Part shown: positions 9,473 through 20,489 of the stretch, piece after piece
How the letters are laid out: every line of letters begins with the position of its first letter
How positions within the stretch are numbered: the stretch's first letter is position 1
From: a virus
Lineage: Duplodnaviria > Caudoviricetes
Length of the DNA stretch: 64,000 nt
IMG/VR virus record: IMGVR_UViG_3300028886_000088
Span: 5,339-69,338 of that record
Reading direction: 5' to 3' (one strand)
Translations under genes and position numbers: made by a program
Notes under the pieces: model-generated
What the model saw: only the letters and a program-made list of their open reading frames with translations
Database searches by the model: none
What the model was told of the DNA's origin: nothing

Positions 9473-10789
9473 TTAATCACCTTCATCAGTTGCTTTCAAA
9501 TTAATAACTGGTGGTATTAAATATAATACGTCACAAGTGTCTTTAATCAACTCAAGTATTTCTTCAGTTGGTTTATATGCATCTGGTGCTTCATCCAATG
9601 TTGCCTTGCAAACAGAAGTGGAATAAACATTTTTCATTTGAGAAACAAATGTTTCCAATGATAATGTTTTCTTGGCTTCGCTTCTTGACTTTTTGCGACC
9701 GCTTCCGTGTGGTGCTGAACAATTTGTGTTTTCATTGGATTTACCGACACAAATTGCAATTCCGTCACGCATATTGAATGGAATAACCATCAACTCACCT
9801 TCATATGAACGAATTGCACCTTTTCGAATGATATGGTCTTGAAAATCAATGTAATTATGTACAGAAGCAATTCTTGAAACAACTTTTGCACCATTGATTT
9901 TATTCAATATGTTTTCAATCTTTTTGGAAATTACATAATGGTTGTATTCAGAATACAATTGTGCAATTGCCATATCTGTAATATAACCAACCATATTTTC
10001 ACCTTCAAGAAAACCGTTGATTCGTTTGGATTTTTGTTCTTCAAGATGTGCATTAAGGGCTTCTTTAAATTCTTTCATTGGTTTGTTTTTAAGCAACCAA
10101 AGTTCCTTGAAATGGGCTGTCATTTCCTTTATTTCCTTTTTTGAAAACCCTTTCATTGACATCTTTTCCCAATATTGGCAAACTTTTGTGCCTAAGTTTC
10201 TAGAGCCACAATGGATTGTGAAAGCATATTTTCCTTCGGGGGTCTTGCCAATTTCAATGAAATGGTTTCCACCACCAACTGTGCCAAGGCTTTTATAGAA
10301 TTTACCTTCATCCATTCCAATTCTATGACACAAGTCAGAAATCCCTTCTTCACCACAATAAGCACAAGAATCAATCATTTCTGACCATAATGAGCGCATT
10401 CTGTTCAACCCATTGTTCATGAACTTGTAGAAATGCTTATAATCAATTTGCGTCTGATTGTATATTTCGAAACCAAAAGGTATCTCTTTTCTGATTCTAT
10501 GCTCAATCAGTGCGAATTCTTCTTCATTCACGTCTGTATCAGTAATGTATGTATCAATCATACAACCAATATCAACACCAACGTGTGATGGACAAATATA
10601 ATTTCCAATTGGTGCGGTGAAGCCTATTACAATACCCTTTCCTTGGTGAACATCGGGCATTATTCTGATTTTTGAATTCTCAAATGCCTTGCAATCCAAA
10701 ATCTGACGAATTGTATTAAGTGCTTCTTCTTCAATATCATCAGTAAGGATGAGGCAGTCTTTACAATATTTTCCTTGTAATGTAATCAT
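9473..10789 (-). CDS. rtcB: RtcB RNA ligase
   Basis: MPDVHQG, VGVDIGCM, LGTVGGGNHFIE, IHCGSR, HNY, IRKGA and SAPHGSGR motifs. Confidence 0.93.
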   Translation of the reverse strand: MITLQGKYCKDCLILTDDIEEEALNTIRQILDCKAFENSKIRIMPDVHQGKGIVIGFTAPIGNYICPSHVGVDIGCMIDTYITDTDVNEEEFALIEHRIRKEIPFGFEIYNQTQIDYKHFYKFMNNGLNRMRSLWSEMIDSCAYCGEEGISDLCHRIGMDEGKFYKSLGTVGGGNHFIEIGKTPEGKYAFTIHCGSRNLGTKVCQYWEKMSMKGFSKKEIKEMTAHFKELWLLKNKPMKEFKEALNAHLEEQKSKRINGFLEGENMVGYITDMAIAQLYSEYNHYVISKKIENILNKINGAKVVSRIASVHNYIDFQDHIIRKGAIRSYEGELMVIPFNMRDGIAICVGKSNENTNCSAPHGSGRKKSRSEAKKTLSLETFVSQMKNVYSTSVCKATLDEAPDAYKPTEEILELIKDTCDVLYLIPPVINLKATDEGD

Positions 10790-11124
10790 AAAGATGGAAA
10801 ATTATAAATTAGCATTGTTGGCTTTTCTAACGCCAAATTTAATTTTATTTCATTTAATTCATCTATTTTCTGTTTATAATGTTCCAACATACTTTCTATT
10901 TGTTTCTTTTTGAAATCAATAATTTCTGATTTACCTACAATTTGAACAGAATAATAAGAATTCCATCGTGGCGAAAAGAATTTGTCGGTATTTGGTGACC
11001 AAAAATTATTTGACATCCACATGCATCCTCGATATGGACGCTCTTCGTTTTCAAACCAAACACCATAAACAAAGTTTGATGGTTTGTCTTTCTCAATAAT
11101 TTTTACATAATCGTATTTTTTCAT
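10786..11124 (-). CDS. hypothetical protein
   Basis: 112-aa ORF overlapping the rtcB start; Bacteroidota-type promoter at ~11151. Confidence 0.6.
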   Translation of the reverse strand: MKKYDYVKIIEKDKPSNFVYGVWFENEERPYRGCMWMSNNFWSPNTDKFFSPRWNSYYSVQIVGKSEIIDFKKKQIESMLEHYKQKIDELNEIKLNLALEKPTMLIYNFPSL

Positions 11125-11245
11125 ATTATTTTATGTATTTAATTTTTCTACTGCAAAGATAATACTTTTTTATGTGAAAAACAAAAAATAAATGTTAAAA
11201 AAAAATAAAAATGAGAGAAACATCAAATTTCCCTCATTTTTATTT

Positions 11246-11995
11246 CTAAATAAGTCCTTCACCCTTTACATTATATTTATTTTCTGTAATTTTTACATCA
11301 TAAAATTTTATTTTCTTAAATGTGGATAAAATATAAAAACTTGTAAAACGTTCAAATATGAAACTAAATATTCTTTTTTGATAATCTATTGTATCACTTG
11401 GATATTTTGTCTTTAAATATTTTTCCTTGTTTTCAGTTATTTTTTGTTCACAATTGATACCCCAACGCCAAAAATATTCTTTCATCAATTCTTTAAGCAT
11501 TGCCATATATTTTAGGAAATCTTCTTTTTTCATAATAAACATATTGCAAGGTATTAATAAGTGACCATTTAAAAAATCAATATAAGCGTTATAATAATTT
11601 GGATATAAATCTTTTATTATATCACCCAATAAAAACAAATCTTCAATATTGTGACAACTAGCATATTGCTCTTTTATTGTCATTTCAAAATTAATCGGGG
11701 TTCTAGCAACAGCATCATATTCTTTGAACAACTCATCCATATTGGGGACATCATCAATAAATTCAAAATAACGTCTATAATGGCAAAAACCAATATAATC
11801 CTTAATTATGAAATGCTCATATATATACAAAAACATATAGAATTCTGATAATTCAATATCATCTAATATTCCGCATATTTTGAAATTCTTTTTTAATTGT
11901 CTAGAATCACCAATTTTATAAATTTTGTTTGTTACTATTGGCGTAAAATCTTTGTGTGTACAAATTATTATATCAACATTCTCATTCATTTCCAA
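11246..11995 (-). CDS. DUF4422-like glycosyltransferase-related protein
   Basis: I.ICTHK, LSE, YIGFCHYRRYF, CNMFIMKKE.F and ERF motifs. Confidence 0.75.
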   Translation of the reverse strand: MEMNENVDIIICTHKDFTPIVTNKIYKIGDSRQLKKNFKICGILDDIELSEFYMFLYIYEHFIIKDYIGFCHYRRYFEFIDDVPNMDELFKEYDAVARTPINFEMTIKEQYASCHNIEDLFLLGDIIKDLYPNYYNAYIDFLNGHLLIPCNMFIMKKEDFLKYMAMLKELMKEYFWRWGINCEQKITENKEKYLKTKYPSDTIDYQKRIFSFIFERFTSFYILSTFKKIKFYDVKITENKYNVKGEGLI

Positions 11996-12987
11996 TAACT
12001 ATATATACCATCTGTTATTTCATATTCATTCCATTTGTATTGGGGTCTGTCTTTTTGTTCTTTTGCCCATTTCCACATATCTTCAAGACCATTTTTTAAT
12101 GTTGTGTTGTCTTTGAAATCAAGAATATCAATTGATTTTTGGTATGTTGGTACAGCCCATTTAACTTCATGACGTTGCTCTTTGTGAACAATGTTGTGAT
12201 AATCAGATATTTCAGATAAAGTTTTTGCAGCCTCGTTAATTGTGTATGGTGTTATTCCACCCAAATTTATGATTTGTTTCGAAGCACTTTCAAGTGTTGC
12301 CGCTTTCCACAATGGTTCTAGATTGTCATCAACACAAGTAAATGCTCTTGTTTGATTACCGTCACCATAAATCAACATTGGCTGATTATGTAATATCTGA
12401 TACATCCATATGCCTAGCACATTTCTGTATTTGTCCCAAATGTTTTGTTTCCTACCATATATATTATGTGGTCTTATTATGCACCAATCAAGCCCATGTT
12501 GAACGCCAGCAACTTGAATATCCATTTCACAAGCATATTTTGAAATACCGTATGGGTCAATTGGTTTTGGTTGGTCTTTTTCATCAAATCTGTTTTGGTT
12601 CAAATCACCATGACCATACACTGACATTGAAGATGTATAAACAAGACGTTTAACTTTGTATTTTATGCAACAATTTATTATATTTGCGGTTGAAACACAA
12701 TTATTACTCCAATTGAATTTTCTCATAAATGGAGATAAGCCTTCTGCCGCATATGCAGCAAAATGAAAAACATAATCAATTTTATATTTTTCAAAAATGT
12801 CTTCAATAGAATCAAAAGCCAAATCCCTTTTATAAAAAATAACATCTTTTGAAATATTTTCAATATAACCTCCAAATAAATTGTCTACACCGATTACTTG
12901 ATAATCCTTTTTGTTTTCTATAATATAATCAGACAATCTGCTACCTAATAGCCCGCAAACTCTAGTAATTAAAACATTTTTTTTCAT
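11986..12987 (-). CDS. NAD-dependent nucleotide-sugar epimerase/dehydratase
   Basis: Extended SDR fold: TRVCGLLG (GxxGxxG variant), HFAAYA, TSS, YGISK, RPHNIYG and GDG.QTR.F. Confidence 0.88.
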   Translation of the reverse strand: MKKNVLITRVCGLLGSRLSDYIIENKKDYQVIGVDNLFGGYIENISKDVIFYKRDLAFDSIEDIFEKYKIDYVFHFAAYAAEGLSPFMRKFNWSNNCVSTANIINCCIKYKVKRLVYTSSMSVYGHGDLNQNRFDEKDQPKPIDPYGISKYACEMDIQVAGVQHGLDWCIIRPHNIYGRKQNIWDKYRNVLGIWMYQILHNQPMLIYGDGNQTRAFTCVDDNLEPLWKAATLESASKQIINLGGITPYTINEAAKTLSEISDYHNIVHKEQRHEVKWAVPTYQKSIDILDFKDNTTLKNGLEDMWKWAKEQKDRPQYKWNEYEITDGIYSYWK

Positions 12988-12996
12988 AACAATATT

Positions 12997-15366
12997 TTAT
13001 ATTTCATTATTCAATTCTTCTTCTGTTTTTTTACGAATGATAATTCTTTCAAATTTGTTTACACCATTGATGATTGGTTTTTTTAAGTCATCAATTATTT
13101 TATATCCATTTGCCACAGCATGACCAATGCAAGTTGGTGGCATCCCTATATTGCCTTCATAACCAACTGGTATATCTTCAAATTTATCAACGTTTATTGC
13201 ATCGTAATTATCATATGTCAAGTGTTTCAAATTGTCAAATTTACCTTTTGGTATTAATCTTGGTTTTGGTTTTTCAAATGTTTGATAACATAAGAAACCG
13301 ACATCAATTACAGAACCATCTTGCAAATCAAAAGGATATTTTGTTGTTGGCATGACACTTAAATAAACATCTTCGTTTTGAAGATATTTGAAAGGCATTT
13401 TATATGCTGATGTTATTCCACCAAATACAAGGAAATCTTTACCTTTTTTATGCATTTCAATCAGTTTTTGAAAAAATGGATTGAAAACATCAAGTGTAAA
13501 TGGTGGATTTGTAACAATAACGTCACATTTGTCATATAATTCATTTCTTAATTCAGAAATACAACTACCATCATCAGCCAATTCCTTTGTATATGTTTTT
13601 TCACCATCATAATAATATTCATTTGCTACCATATTGCCAATTGCATAATTTGTTGCATAAAGTCCTTTAAGTCCAAAATTATGATAATTATCAGTGAAAT
13701 ATTTTACAAAATTGCTTGTTTTATAATAATCACAAGGACAATATATTACTTTTCCTTTAAAATATTTTATATATGGATTAAGGTACATTTCAACAATGTT
13801 CATTCTTGTATAATAATCATTGTTGTGGTTTTTTTGTTGTTGTGACAATCTTTGCAACGGTCTCAAAACTTCTTGTTTTTCTTTAATCATAACTTTTTTT
13901 TTAAGATAATAATTTCTCAAGTTTTCCAATATTCCATTTTTTGCCTTTTGTATTCTTTGACATTCCTCAAATGATTTGTCTGTTATTGGTTGGAATCCTT
14001 CTGAAACCCATTTTGGAATTATTGTTTTTATTGTTTCGCCTTTTATGTAATCAAATGCACTTACGCAATCCTTGAATTGTGAAACAAGTTTCTTTGAATC
14101 ATATGCTCTACCATATTTTAGAATCATTTCATCTGAATTAGGTTTAAGCATCCATATTGAAGCAACACATCTGTTGTTTCTGTTTTTCATCACGATTCTC
14201 ATTTGACCATATTGAGTATCAACATAAATTGGTTCTTCGTTATATTGAACAAGTCTTTCGTTTTGTTCTTGTTTTTTAACTGTATTTGGAAGAAATTCCT
14301 TTATTTTATTAAACAGTTCATTGTATTTGATTTGCGTTTCATTCAAAAAATGATTTTTAATTGATTCAGCATCAGTTTCTTCAAATGACAATTGTGTACC
14401 TACTTTAAGCCAAGTTTCTTCATTATTGTCATTTTTTGCTTCATTCATACATTCGATAATTTTGACCGCTGCATCCCAAGATGAATCCAATCTTGTATTG
14501 TTCGCCAATGATGCATTTGCATCAAGAAATGATTTGTTCCATAAATTTGTAATAAGATATTTTATATAAACTGGCAAAGTAGATTCAATGTTTTGTTGCT
14601 TTGCGTCAAAATTGTTTTCCTTTACATCATTCAATATGGATAATGTTTGATATATCTTATCAGTTATAAATGTTTTCAATGACTTTGTTGGTGTTTGATT
14701 GTTTACATAAATCTTAATGTGCTTGTTGAAAAGATAGTTTTGCTCATTGAATGGTGGGATTTTTGAATTGAATATGTAATAAATAGAAACTTGATAGCCA
14801 AGCAAATCATAGTATCTGTTTTTTACTTGATTGTTTTCATCACCCGTTAAATTTATTACACCACCCTTGCTTCTTCCAACATTTTGTGTCTTTGAAGTCA
14901 TTGTTGAATGTTCGTTTCCTTCAACTTCCATTCTTGTTATTTTACAAGCCAAAACAGCCTTGAAATTTTCAATGTGACTTTTTGCTGGTTCCCAATTCGT
15001 TACATATGGGGATAATGGATGTTCCATTTTACCAACATCTTTCACAAAATCTCTAATTAAGTTTTTAACATATTCGTCATTTTGATTTATTCCTTTTGAC
15101 AAAGCCCTATAAACTGGTTCTGCTTCGTGTACATTTTCCCAATTTCGCAACAACAAATTCAATAAATCAACCTTTATTGTGTTTCCGAATATGTCTTTAT
15201 GTTTTTGAGCCAATATCTTATATTTTTCAAAACCCTCTCTTAATGAAACAATGGCATCATAAGCAACTGAAACAATCATTTCAATCTGACCGTTCAAATC
15301 ATCATTCATCTGTAATTCTTCGTTAAGAAGGAAAAGTTTGTCTTCGTTGATAATAATTTGTTTCAT
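12997..15366 (-). CDS. head-leader protein fused to a C-terminal M.EcoRI-like adenine methyltransferase domain
   Basis: N-terminal MKQIIINEDKLFLLNEE; C-terminal NDYYTR, KVIYCPCD, SNFVKYF, GLK.L and DVIVTNPPF. Confidence 0.7.
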   Translation of the reverse strand: MKQIIINEDKLFLLNEELQMNDDLNGQIEMIVSVAYDAIVSLREGFEKYKILAQKHKDIFGNTIKVDLLNLLLRNWENVHEAEPVYRALSKGINQNDEYVKNLIRDFVKDVGKMEHPLSPYVTNWEPAKSHIENFKAVLACKITRMEVEGNEHSTMTSKTQNVGRSKGGVINLTGDENNQVKNRYYDLLGYQVSIYYIFNSKIPPFNEQNYLFNKHIKIYVNNQTPTKSLKTFITDKIYQTLSILNDVKENNFDAKQQNIESTLPVYIKYLITNLWNKSFLDANASLANNTRLDSSWDAAVKIIECMNEAKNDNNEETWLKVGTQLSFEETDAESIKNHFLNETQIKYNELFNKIKEFLPNTVKKQEQNERLVQYNEEPIYVDTQYGQMRIVMKNRNNRCVASIWMLKPNSDEMILKYGRAYDSKKLVSQFKDCVSAFDYIKGETIKTIIPKWVSEGFQPITDKSFEECQRIQKAKNGILENLRNYYLKKKVMIKEKQEVLRPLQRLSQQQKNHNNDYYTRMNIVEMYLNPYIKYFKGKVIYCPCDYYKTSNFVKYFTDNYHNFGLKGLYATNYAIGNMVANEYYYDGEKTYTKELADDGSCISELRNELYDKCDVIVTNPPFTLDVFNPFFQKLIEMHKKGKDFLVFGGITSAYKMPFKYLQNEDVYLSVMPTTKYPFDLQDGSVIDVGFLCYQTFEKPKPRLIPKGKFDNLKHLTYDNYDAINVDKFEDIPVGYEGNIGMPPTCIGHAVANGYKIIDDLKKPIINGVNKFERIIIRKKTEEELNNEI

Positions 15367-15369
15367 TTC

Positions 15370-15705
15370 TTATATTTCTTCATTAAAGTTGTTGTAATCT
15401 CCAAGTTCGTCATCTAGATATTTGTTGACTGTGTTCTTTGTAAAATGCAAATCAATTGGTGTTTTTTCATCATCTGAACTCATATAATCATCTGGCAAAA
15501 TATAAGCATATTCATTGTTTCTTTTATATTCATAGTTGTCAAATGTTATTTTGCTTGTATTTTCATCATAATCATATGTTCCGTTTTTCAGTGCATTTTT
15601 CAATGCTTTGAGAAATGTTCTTGCAGCAACACCCCTTTTCTTGTCAATTGAAGTGGCTTCGTTGAACAATCTTTCTTTTGCTGATTCTGTTATAATTATT
15701 TTCAT
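15370..15705 (-). CDS. putative internal head protein
   Basis: Leader MKIIITESAKERLFNE; ATATTTAT motif upstream. Confidence 0.6.
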   Translation of the reverse strand: MKIIITESAKERLFNEATSIDKKRGVAARTFLKALKNALKNGTYDYDENTSKITFDNYEYKRNNEYAYILPDDYMSSDDEKTPIDLHFTKNTVNKYLDDELGDYNNFNEEI

Positions 15706-15766
15706 AAAACACTATAAATATTTATAATAAATATTTTCCATTTTTAATTTTTTTAACATAAATGAT

Positions 15767-16579
15767 TTGTTTGAATCAATTATTGTTACTATATTTGCAC
15801 AAATTAAAATATTTATATTAAAATTAAATAATGGCATTATGAAAATATCAAACAATAGGATAAAGCAAATAATTAAAGAAGAAATACAAAACAACAACAG
15901 AAATGTTGTTGACTTATTGGAACTTGCTGATGAGGTTGGTTTCAAGAATTTTGTTTCAAAATCTTTTGCAAGCAATGAAATCGAAAGTAGTATGCTTGAA
16001 GAATTAACGCATAGATTTTTGGAAAACGGGATAATAAAAACACCAAATTATGAGGTGGTATCTATTTGGTATGCATATCAATATTCAAGACCAGAAGGCG
16101 TTATTATTGTTGAAATACATGATAAGAATTATAGGGATGATAAAACATACAAATTTTCAAATGTTGATTACGGAAGCCCAAAAGTAATGTCAGAAAATAT
16201 GTTTAGATTAACAGTTGAAACAATGAAAAAATACATTGATATTGCATTGAAACAAAAAGAAGAATTTGGACAAGCACCAAGCAATGAAGAAATTATGAAT
16301 AAAACCCTTGAAATTGTAAGAATGAATTTGCCACAAGGATTTAAGGCTAATATTGAAAAAGGAAAGTTCAATTATGAAAATGGGTCTACTAAGCCAAGTA
16401 ATAACTTGATTATAAGATATGATGACAATTCATATTGTGGAAATATATCAATACGTAAAGATGCAATAGATTATCTGTTTGGTTATGGATGCCCTCTTGG
16501 AGGTTCAACAACATTTAACATAAGTTTGAACGAACTTGAAAATGCCGTTAGAAAAGCAATAGCATATATATGCGGATAA
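15767..16579 (+). CDS. putative internal head protein (probable ATG at 15839)
   Basis: MKISNNRIKQIIKEEI leader. Confidence 0.55.
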   Translation: MFESIIVTIFAQIKIFILKLNNGIMKISNNRIKQIIKEEIQNNNRNVVDLLELADEVGFKNFVSKSFASNEIESSMLEELTHRFLENGIIKTPNYEVVSIWYAYQYSRPEGVIIVEIHDKNYRDDKTYKFSNVDYGSPKVMSENMFRLTVETMKKYIDIALKQKEEFGQAPSNEEIMNKTLEIVRMNLPQGFKANIEKGKFNYENGSTKPSNNLIIRYDDNSYCGNISIRKDAIDYLFGYGCPLGGSTTFNISLNELENAVRKAIAYICG

Positions 16580-16606
16580 ATAAAATAAGACACTAGTTAA
16601 TAAAAA

Positions 16607-17194
16607 CTAGTGTCTTATTTTATTGTTTGATTCATATATTCCTTTATTTCCAAGTTGTTGTCTTTTTTGCCGCATACGATTTGCATAATTATTGGTGTAA
16701 TAATCATGTACATCAGTTGTCATTTTCTTAAATGTATTATAATTATCATCATTAGTCATATTATTCATATTCTTTGTACTATAAACCTTTGGGTCATAAT
16801 TGATGTTCTTATCATACATTTGAGCAACATTATTTGATGGATTACTTGTTGAATCTTGATAATACCTTGTACTACCTAAATATGGTGTTACTCGACCATA
16901 ATATGATGAGTTAACATCTTGATTTACTTGATTGTTAACATATCCATTTTGACCATCCATATATTGGTTCTTGAACTGTTGTTGAGCCTTATCTACCATC
17001 TTCGGATTTTGAAACTTTGCTCTATCCATATATGCTTTCCAACTTGTTTGCGCATTTGCTGCTTGTATGGCTTTTTGCTGATTTATTTGTCTGCCATCTG
17101 GTGCAAAACCATATGCTTCTTTCAATATTTTTGTTACTGATTTTCTGATTAAGTTATGCAAATCATTTTCAGTTAATCTTATAGTTTTTTTCAT
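16607..17194 (-). CDS. putative internal head protein, Q/N-rich
   Basis: Leader MKKTIRLTENDLHNLIRKSVTKILKE. Confidence 0.65.
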   Translation of the reverse strand: MKKTIRLTENDLHNLIRKSVTKILKEAYGFAPDGRQINQQKAIQAANAQTSWKAYMDRAKFQNPKMVDKAQQQFKNQYMDGQNGYVNNQVNQDVNSSYYGRVTPYLGSTRYYQDSTSNPSNNVAQMYDKNINYDPKVYSTKNMNNMTNDDNYNTFKKMTTDVHDYYTNNYANRMRQKRQQLGNKGIYESNNKIRH

Positions 17195-17209
17195 ATTATA
17201 AACAATTAA

Positions 17210-17527
17210 TTATTTATTCAATCCTAAAATTTTATCAGAATCTTCATGGCTTCCATCAAAACCACCTTGATAGCCAAAATCTCCCATATTTTTAGCGTTT
17301 CTATTCATTTGTTTAATATTACGAAATTTATTATATCTGCCACTCATTGTTGTGTCATCTTGATTAGCGGCAACTTTTTGTCTAACATTTCGCATTACAT
17401 TCCAATCTCTACCGTTATTTCCATGAACAGAAACCCCATTTACATTCATTTCTTTCAACACACTATTTACACTATTTTTAATAATTCTATGTAAATCATT
17501 TTCAGTTAATCTAATAATTTTACCCAT
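17210..17527 (-). CDS. putative internal head protein
   Basis: Leader MGKIIRLTENDLHRIIKNSVNSVLKE. Confidence 0.65.
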   Translation of the reverse strand: MGKIIRLTENDLHRIIKNSVNSVLKEMNVNGVSVHGNNGRDWNVMRNVRQKVAANQDDTTMSGRYNKFRNIKQMNRNAKNMGDFGYQGGFDGSHEDSDKILGLNK

Positions 17528-17620
17528 GTTTTCAAACTTTTATAATAAATATAAAACAAAAATAAAAAATGACAGTTTTTGTTTGGATTTAATATAGCAA
17601 TAATAATATCACTTACATTT

Positions 17621-18925
17621 TTATTGTTTTAAAATATCTATTATATCATTTACATTATGAAAACATTTATCACCTAAAAAAGTATCTTGTTTTTCTTTTG
17701 TGAAATATAAAAGTTGAATATTGTTGTCTTTACAAAATTGTTGTTTTATAATATCATTTTTATGTTGCGAATCAAATCCTTGTTTACCACCCAAACCATT
17801 GATAATTTCAAAATGGAATTTTCCTTGACATTCTATTGCAATATTTTTTTGAGGAATAAAAAAATCAAATTTTAACGGTAAAACATTTTTTAAACCATTT
17901 ATAACATGCTGAGTTTTATATTCAATCTTATTTTCTTCTAGCGTTAATCTCATTTCTCGTTCTAATTTACTTTCTGAACATGTGGGACATCCGCAACCAT
18001 TTAAATGAAGATAATATGATTGATTAAAATTCCCGTGGATAGGACACTTTATATTAATTTTATAATTGCTAGTATAAATTGTGCTTTCGATATTATTAGC
18101 ATCATAAATATATTTATTGCCGTGAATTTTATCAAATCTTTCAATTAATTCATTTGTTGTTGGCTTAACTTTTTTATTACATTTTGGACAACCATTTCCA
18201 CATTGTATTTTTGATGGTGCTGCCATCCATTTATAACCACAAATTAAGCACTTAAACATAATTTTTTCACCCATTGATTTATAATCGTCAATAATTTCTA
18301 AATGTCTATTTTTAAGATTTGAATCTACTATAAATTCATTCAATTTTTTTTTATGATTTTCACGAACACAAAATGGACAACCCTTTTGCAATACTATGTG
18401 TTCATAAGGTGTTTTTGTAAAAATTCCGTGTTCTTTACAAATAATTTGAATTTTATCATTTGGTGAAGAGTCTTTAACTAAACTATAATCATATAAATCA
18501 CCAAATATTTTAACTGCTTCTGAAATTATCATATTTTTTGTTCTAAAATTATCAGAACATTTTGGACAACCTTGCTTTTGATTAATGTGCGAATAGGCAA
18601 TTTTTTCAAAATCACCATGTTTTTTACAAGTAATTATTACTTTATCTGTAGAATTATTACATATACTTTTATCATATGTAAAATTATCACCAAAAATTTC
18701 TTTAGACCATTTTATAAAATTTTTGGTTGTAAATTTTTTATTTTTAGTTCTAATTTTACCATTATAAACATCTTGCGGTAACGCTTCAATATATTCATTT
18801 GTATATGTATCAAATAAAATAACTTTAGTTCGATTGTTTATGTATATTGTTTTATCAAAAGTAAATCTATCACCATATTTTTCAACACAACGTTTTTCAA
18901 ATGTTTCTTGCGTGGTTTTTCTCAT
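17621..18925 (-). CDS. putative homing endonuclease: DUF723-like Zn-binding repeats plus a C-terminal PD-(D/E)xK/Vsr-like domain
   Basis: Repeated Y.Y....V.I.C..HG.F......H....GCP.C; C-terminal FDFF....IAIECQGKFH. Confidence 0.75.
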   Translation of the reverse strand: MRKTTQETFEKRCVEKYGDRFTFDKTIYINNRTKVILFDTYTNEYIEALPQDVYNGKIRTKNKKFTTKNFIKWSKEIFGDNFTYDKSICNNSTDKVIITCKKHGDFEKIAYSHINQKQGCPKCSDNFRTKNMIISEAVKIFGDLYDYSLVKDSSPNDKIQIICKEHGIFTKTPYEHIVLQKGCPFCVRENHKKKLNEFIVDSNLKNRHLEIIDDYKSMGEKIMFKCLICGYKWMAAPSKIQCGNGCPKCNKKVKPTTNELIERFDKIHGNKYIYDANNIESTIYTSNYKINIKCPIHGNFNQSYYLHLNGCGCPTCSESKLEREMRLTLEENKIEYKTQHVINGLKNVLPLKFDFFIPQKNIAIECQGKFHFEIINGLGGKQGFDSQHKNDIIKQQFCKDNNIQLLYFTKEKQDTFLGDKCFHNVNDIIDILKQ

Positions 18926-18996
18926 ATAATATCTATTTATATATAAATATATTATTTATAATAATAACAGAATTTTATATAAAAAATAATTACAAA

Positions 18997-19374
18997 ATGA
19001 CTTTTTATATTAAACAAAATAGCATATTACCCCACATACGGATGGAGTTGATTGAAGATGGAAGACATGATTTCTGGAAATTCCATGATTGTGTTCAAAA
19101 TGCAGACATAACATTTACAATGACCAATCTTAATACTGGGTTGGTCAAGATTCTTAATGCGCCTTGTTATATAAAATTAAGGGAAAACAATGGCTGTACT
19201 GAGCAATATGTGATTTGTTATGACTGGAAGCAAAGAGATACAAAGGAAAAGGGTTTATATGAAGGTGTTTTCAATATTGAATTTGGTGATGATATAAAAT
19301 CTGATGTGACTACATATCCTAGCGGATTGCAGATTATGCCAATCCGTGAAAAATTACTCATTAACATTGACTAA
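18997..19374 (+). CDS. BppU-N-like Ig-fold structural protein
   Basis: MTFYIKQNSILP, YDWKQRDT..KG.YEG.F.IEF and P..E.L.I motifs. Confidence 0.55.
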   Translation: MTFYIKQNSILPHIRMELIEDGRHDFWKFHDCVQNADITFTMTNLNTGLVKILNAPCYIKLRENNGCTEQYVICYDWKQRDTKEKGLYEGVFNIEFGDDIKSDVTTYPSGLQIMPIREKLLINID

Positions 19375-19379
19375 TTTAT

Positions 19380-20489
19380 ATGAAAATATATATTACTGAA
19401 AAACAGAAAGACAAGTTGTTTCTAATACAAGAGGGTATTAGTGATAAACTGTATCATTTCACAAATATACCAAAAGTAATGAATATATTAAAATACAACA
19501 CAATACCATTAGCAACAGCAATAGGCGGTGCTGATGCTGAATATGTCAAAAAACATAACTTATTTTATTTGTGTTGTCAAAGAAGCAAAAACTGTAAACT
19601 TGGTTTTGCTTACACTGAATCTGGAAAAGGATATGACAATGACAATCAAAAATCAAAAATAATTTTCTCAGTAAGAATTGAACTTGACGGTTATCAATTA
19701 AAGGCTGATGGATATAATGGAAGACCTCTTGATTATTGGGGAATTGCAAATAGCGGTAAAAGAAGCGATATTGGTTATGATAATTTTATTAAACATTTTC
19801 CTAATCTTACAACACTACCGACACCACAAGAGGTTTTGAAATATCAAAAGCACAACAGATATTTTGAAATGGAAGATAGAATAGAATCAAACAAACCGTT
19901 CATAAAAAATGCTTCAAAATATATTAAAAGAATTGATATATTAGATGTTAGGGGAATGTCATTATCATATTCAGACTGCATTCATTTGGGTAAAAGAATT
20001 GGTGTACCAGTATATGTTTATGAGAATGTTGATGATTTCAATATGCAGAATGATAATTTCGATAAAAGGTTATATAAATATCATAATGATAATAACGAGA
20101 TTGATGTAACCCATTTTTTTGAATATATTCAAGATATTTTGTCTCCTTACATTACATTATATGTAGACAAATTCAATTTATTAAAGCATAATGACAAAGA
20201 AAGAAAAGCAAGAGAAATCATAAATAAATTCAATTTGAATAAATTTATCGATGATGATGCGATTTATGATATAGCATATAAAGCAACAAATAAAATATTT
20301 GAACTTGAATCTGATTTACGTAATAGGCAAAATTTTGTAAAGTTTTTGACAAGGGAATATATGTCAAATTATACACCATCAAAAGAAATAACATTTGATG
20401 ATGTTTCAAATGTATTGAGATTCATTAATTATGTTTTGAAACTGTATAAAGTAAGAAATTTAGATGAATTGTTAAAGAAATATGCTTAA
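19380..20489 (+). CDS. head-leader protein with a putative ADP-ribosyltransferase-like fold; paralog of 20482..22206
   Basis: LYHFT..K..NIL, VRIELDG..L, PLDYWG and EMEDRI. Confidence 0.5.
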   Translation: MKIYITEKQKDKLFLIQEGISDKLYHFTNIPKVMNILKYNTIPLATAIGGADAEYVKKHNLFYLCCQRSKNCKLGFAYTESGKGYDNDNQKSKIIFSVRIELDGYQLKADGYNGRPLDYWGIANSGKRSDIGYDNFIKHFPNLTTLPTPQEVLKYQKHNRYFEMEDRIESNKPFIKNASKYIKRIDILDVRGMSLSYSDCIHLGKRIGVPVYVYENVDDFNMQNDNFDKRLYKYHNDNNEIDVTHFFEYIQDILSPYITLYVDKFNLLKHNDKERKAREIINKFNLNKFIDDDAIYDIAYKATNKIFELESDLRNRQNFVKFLTREYMSNYTPSKEITFDDVSNVLRFINYVLKLYKVRNLDELLKKYA

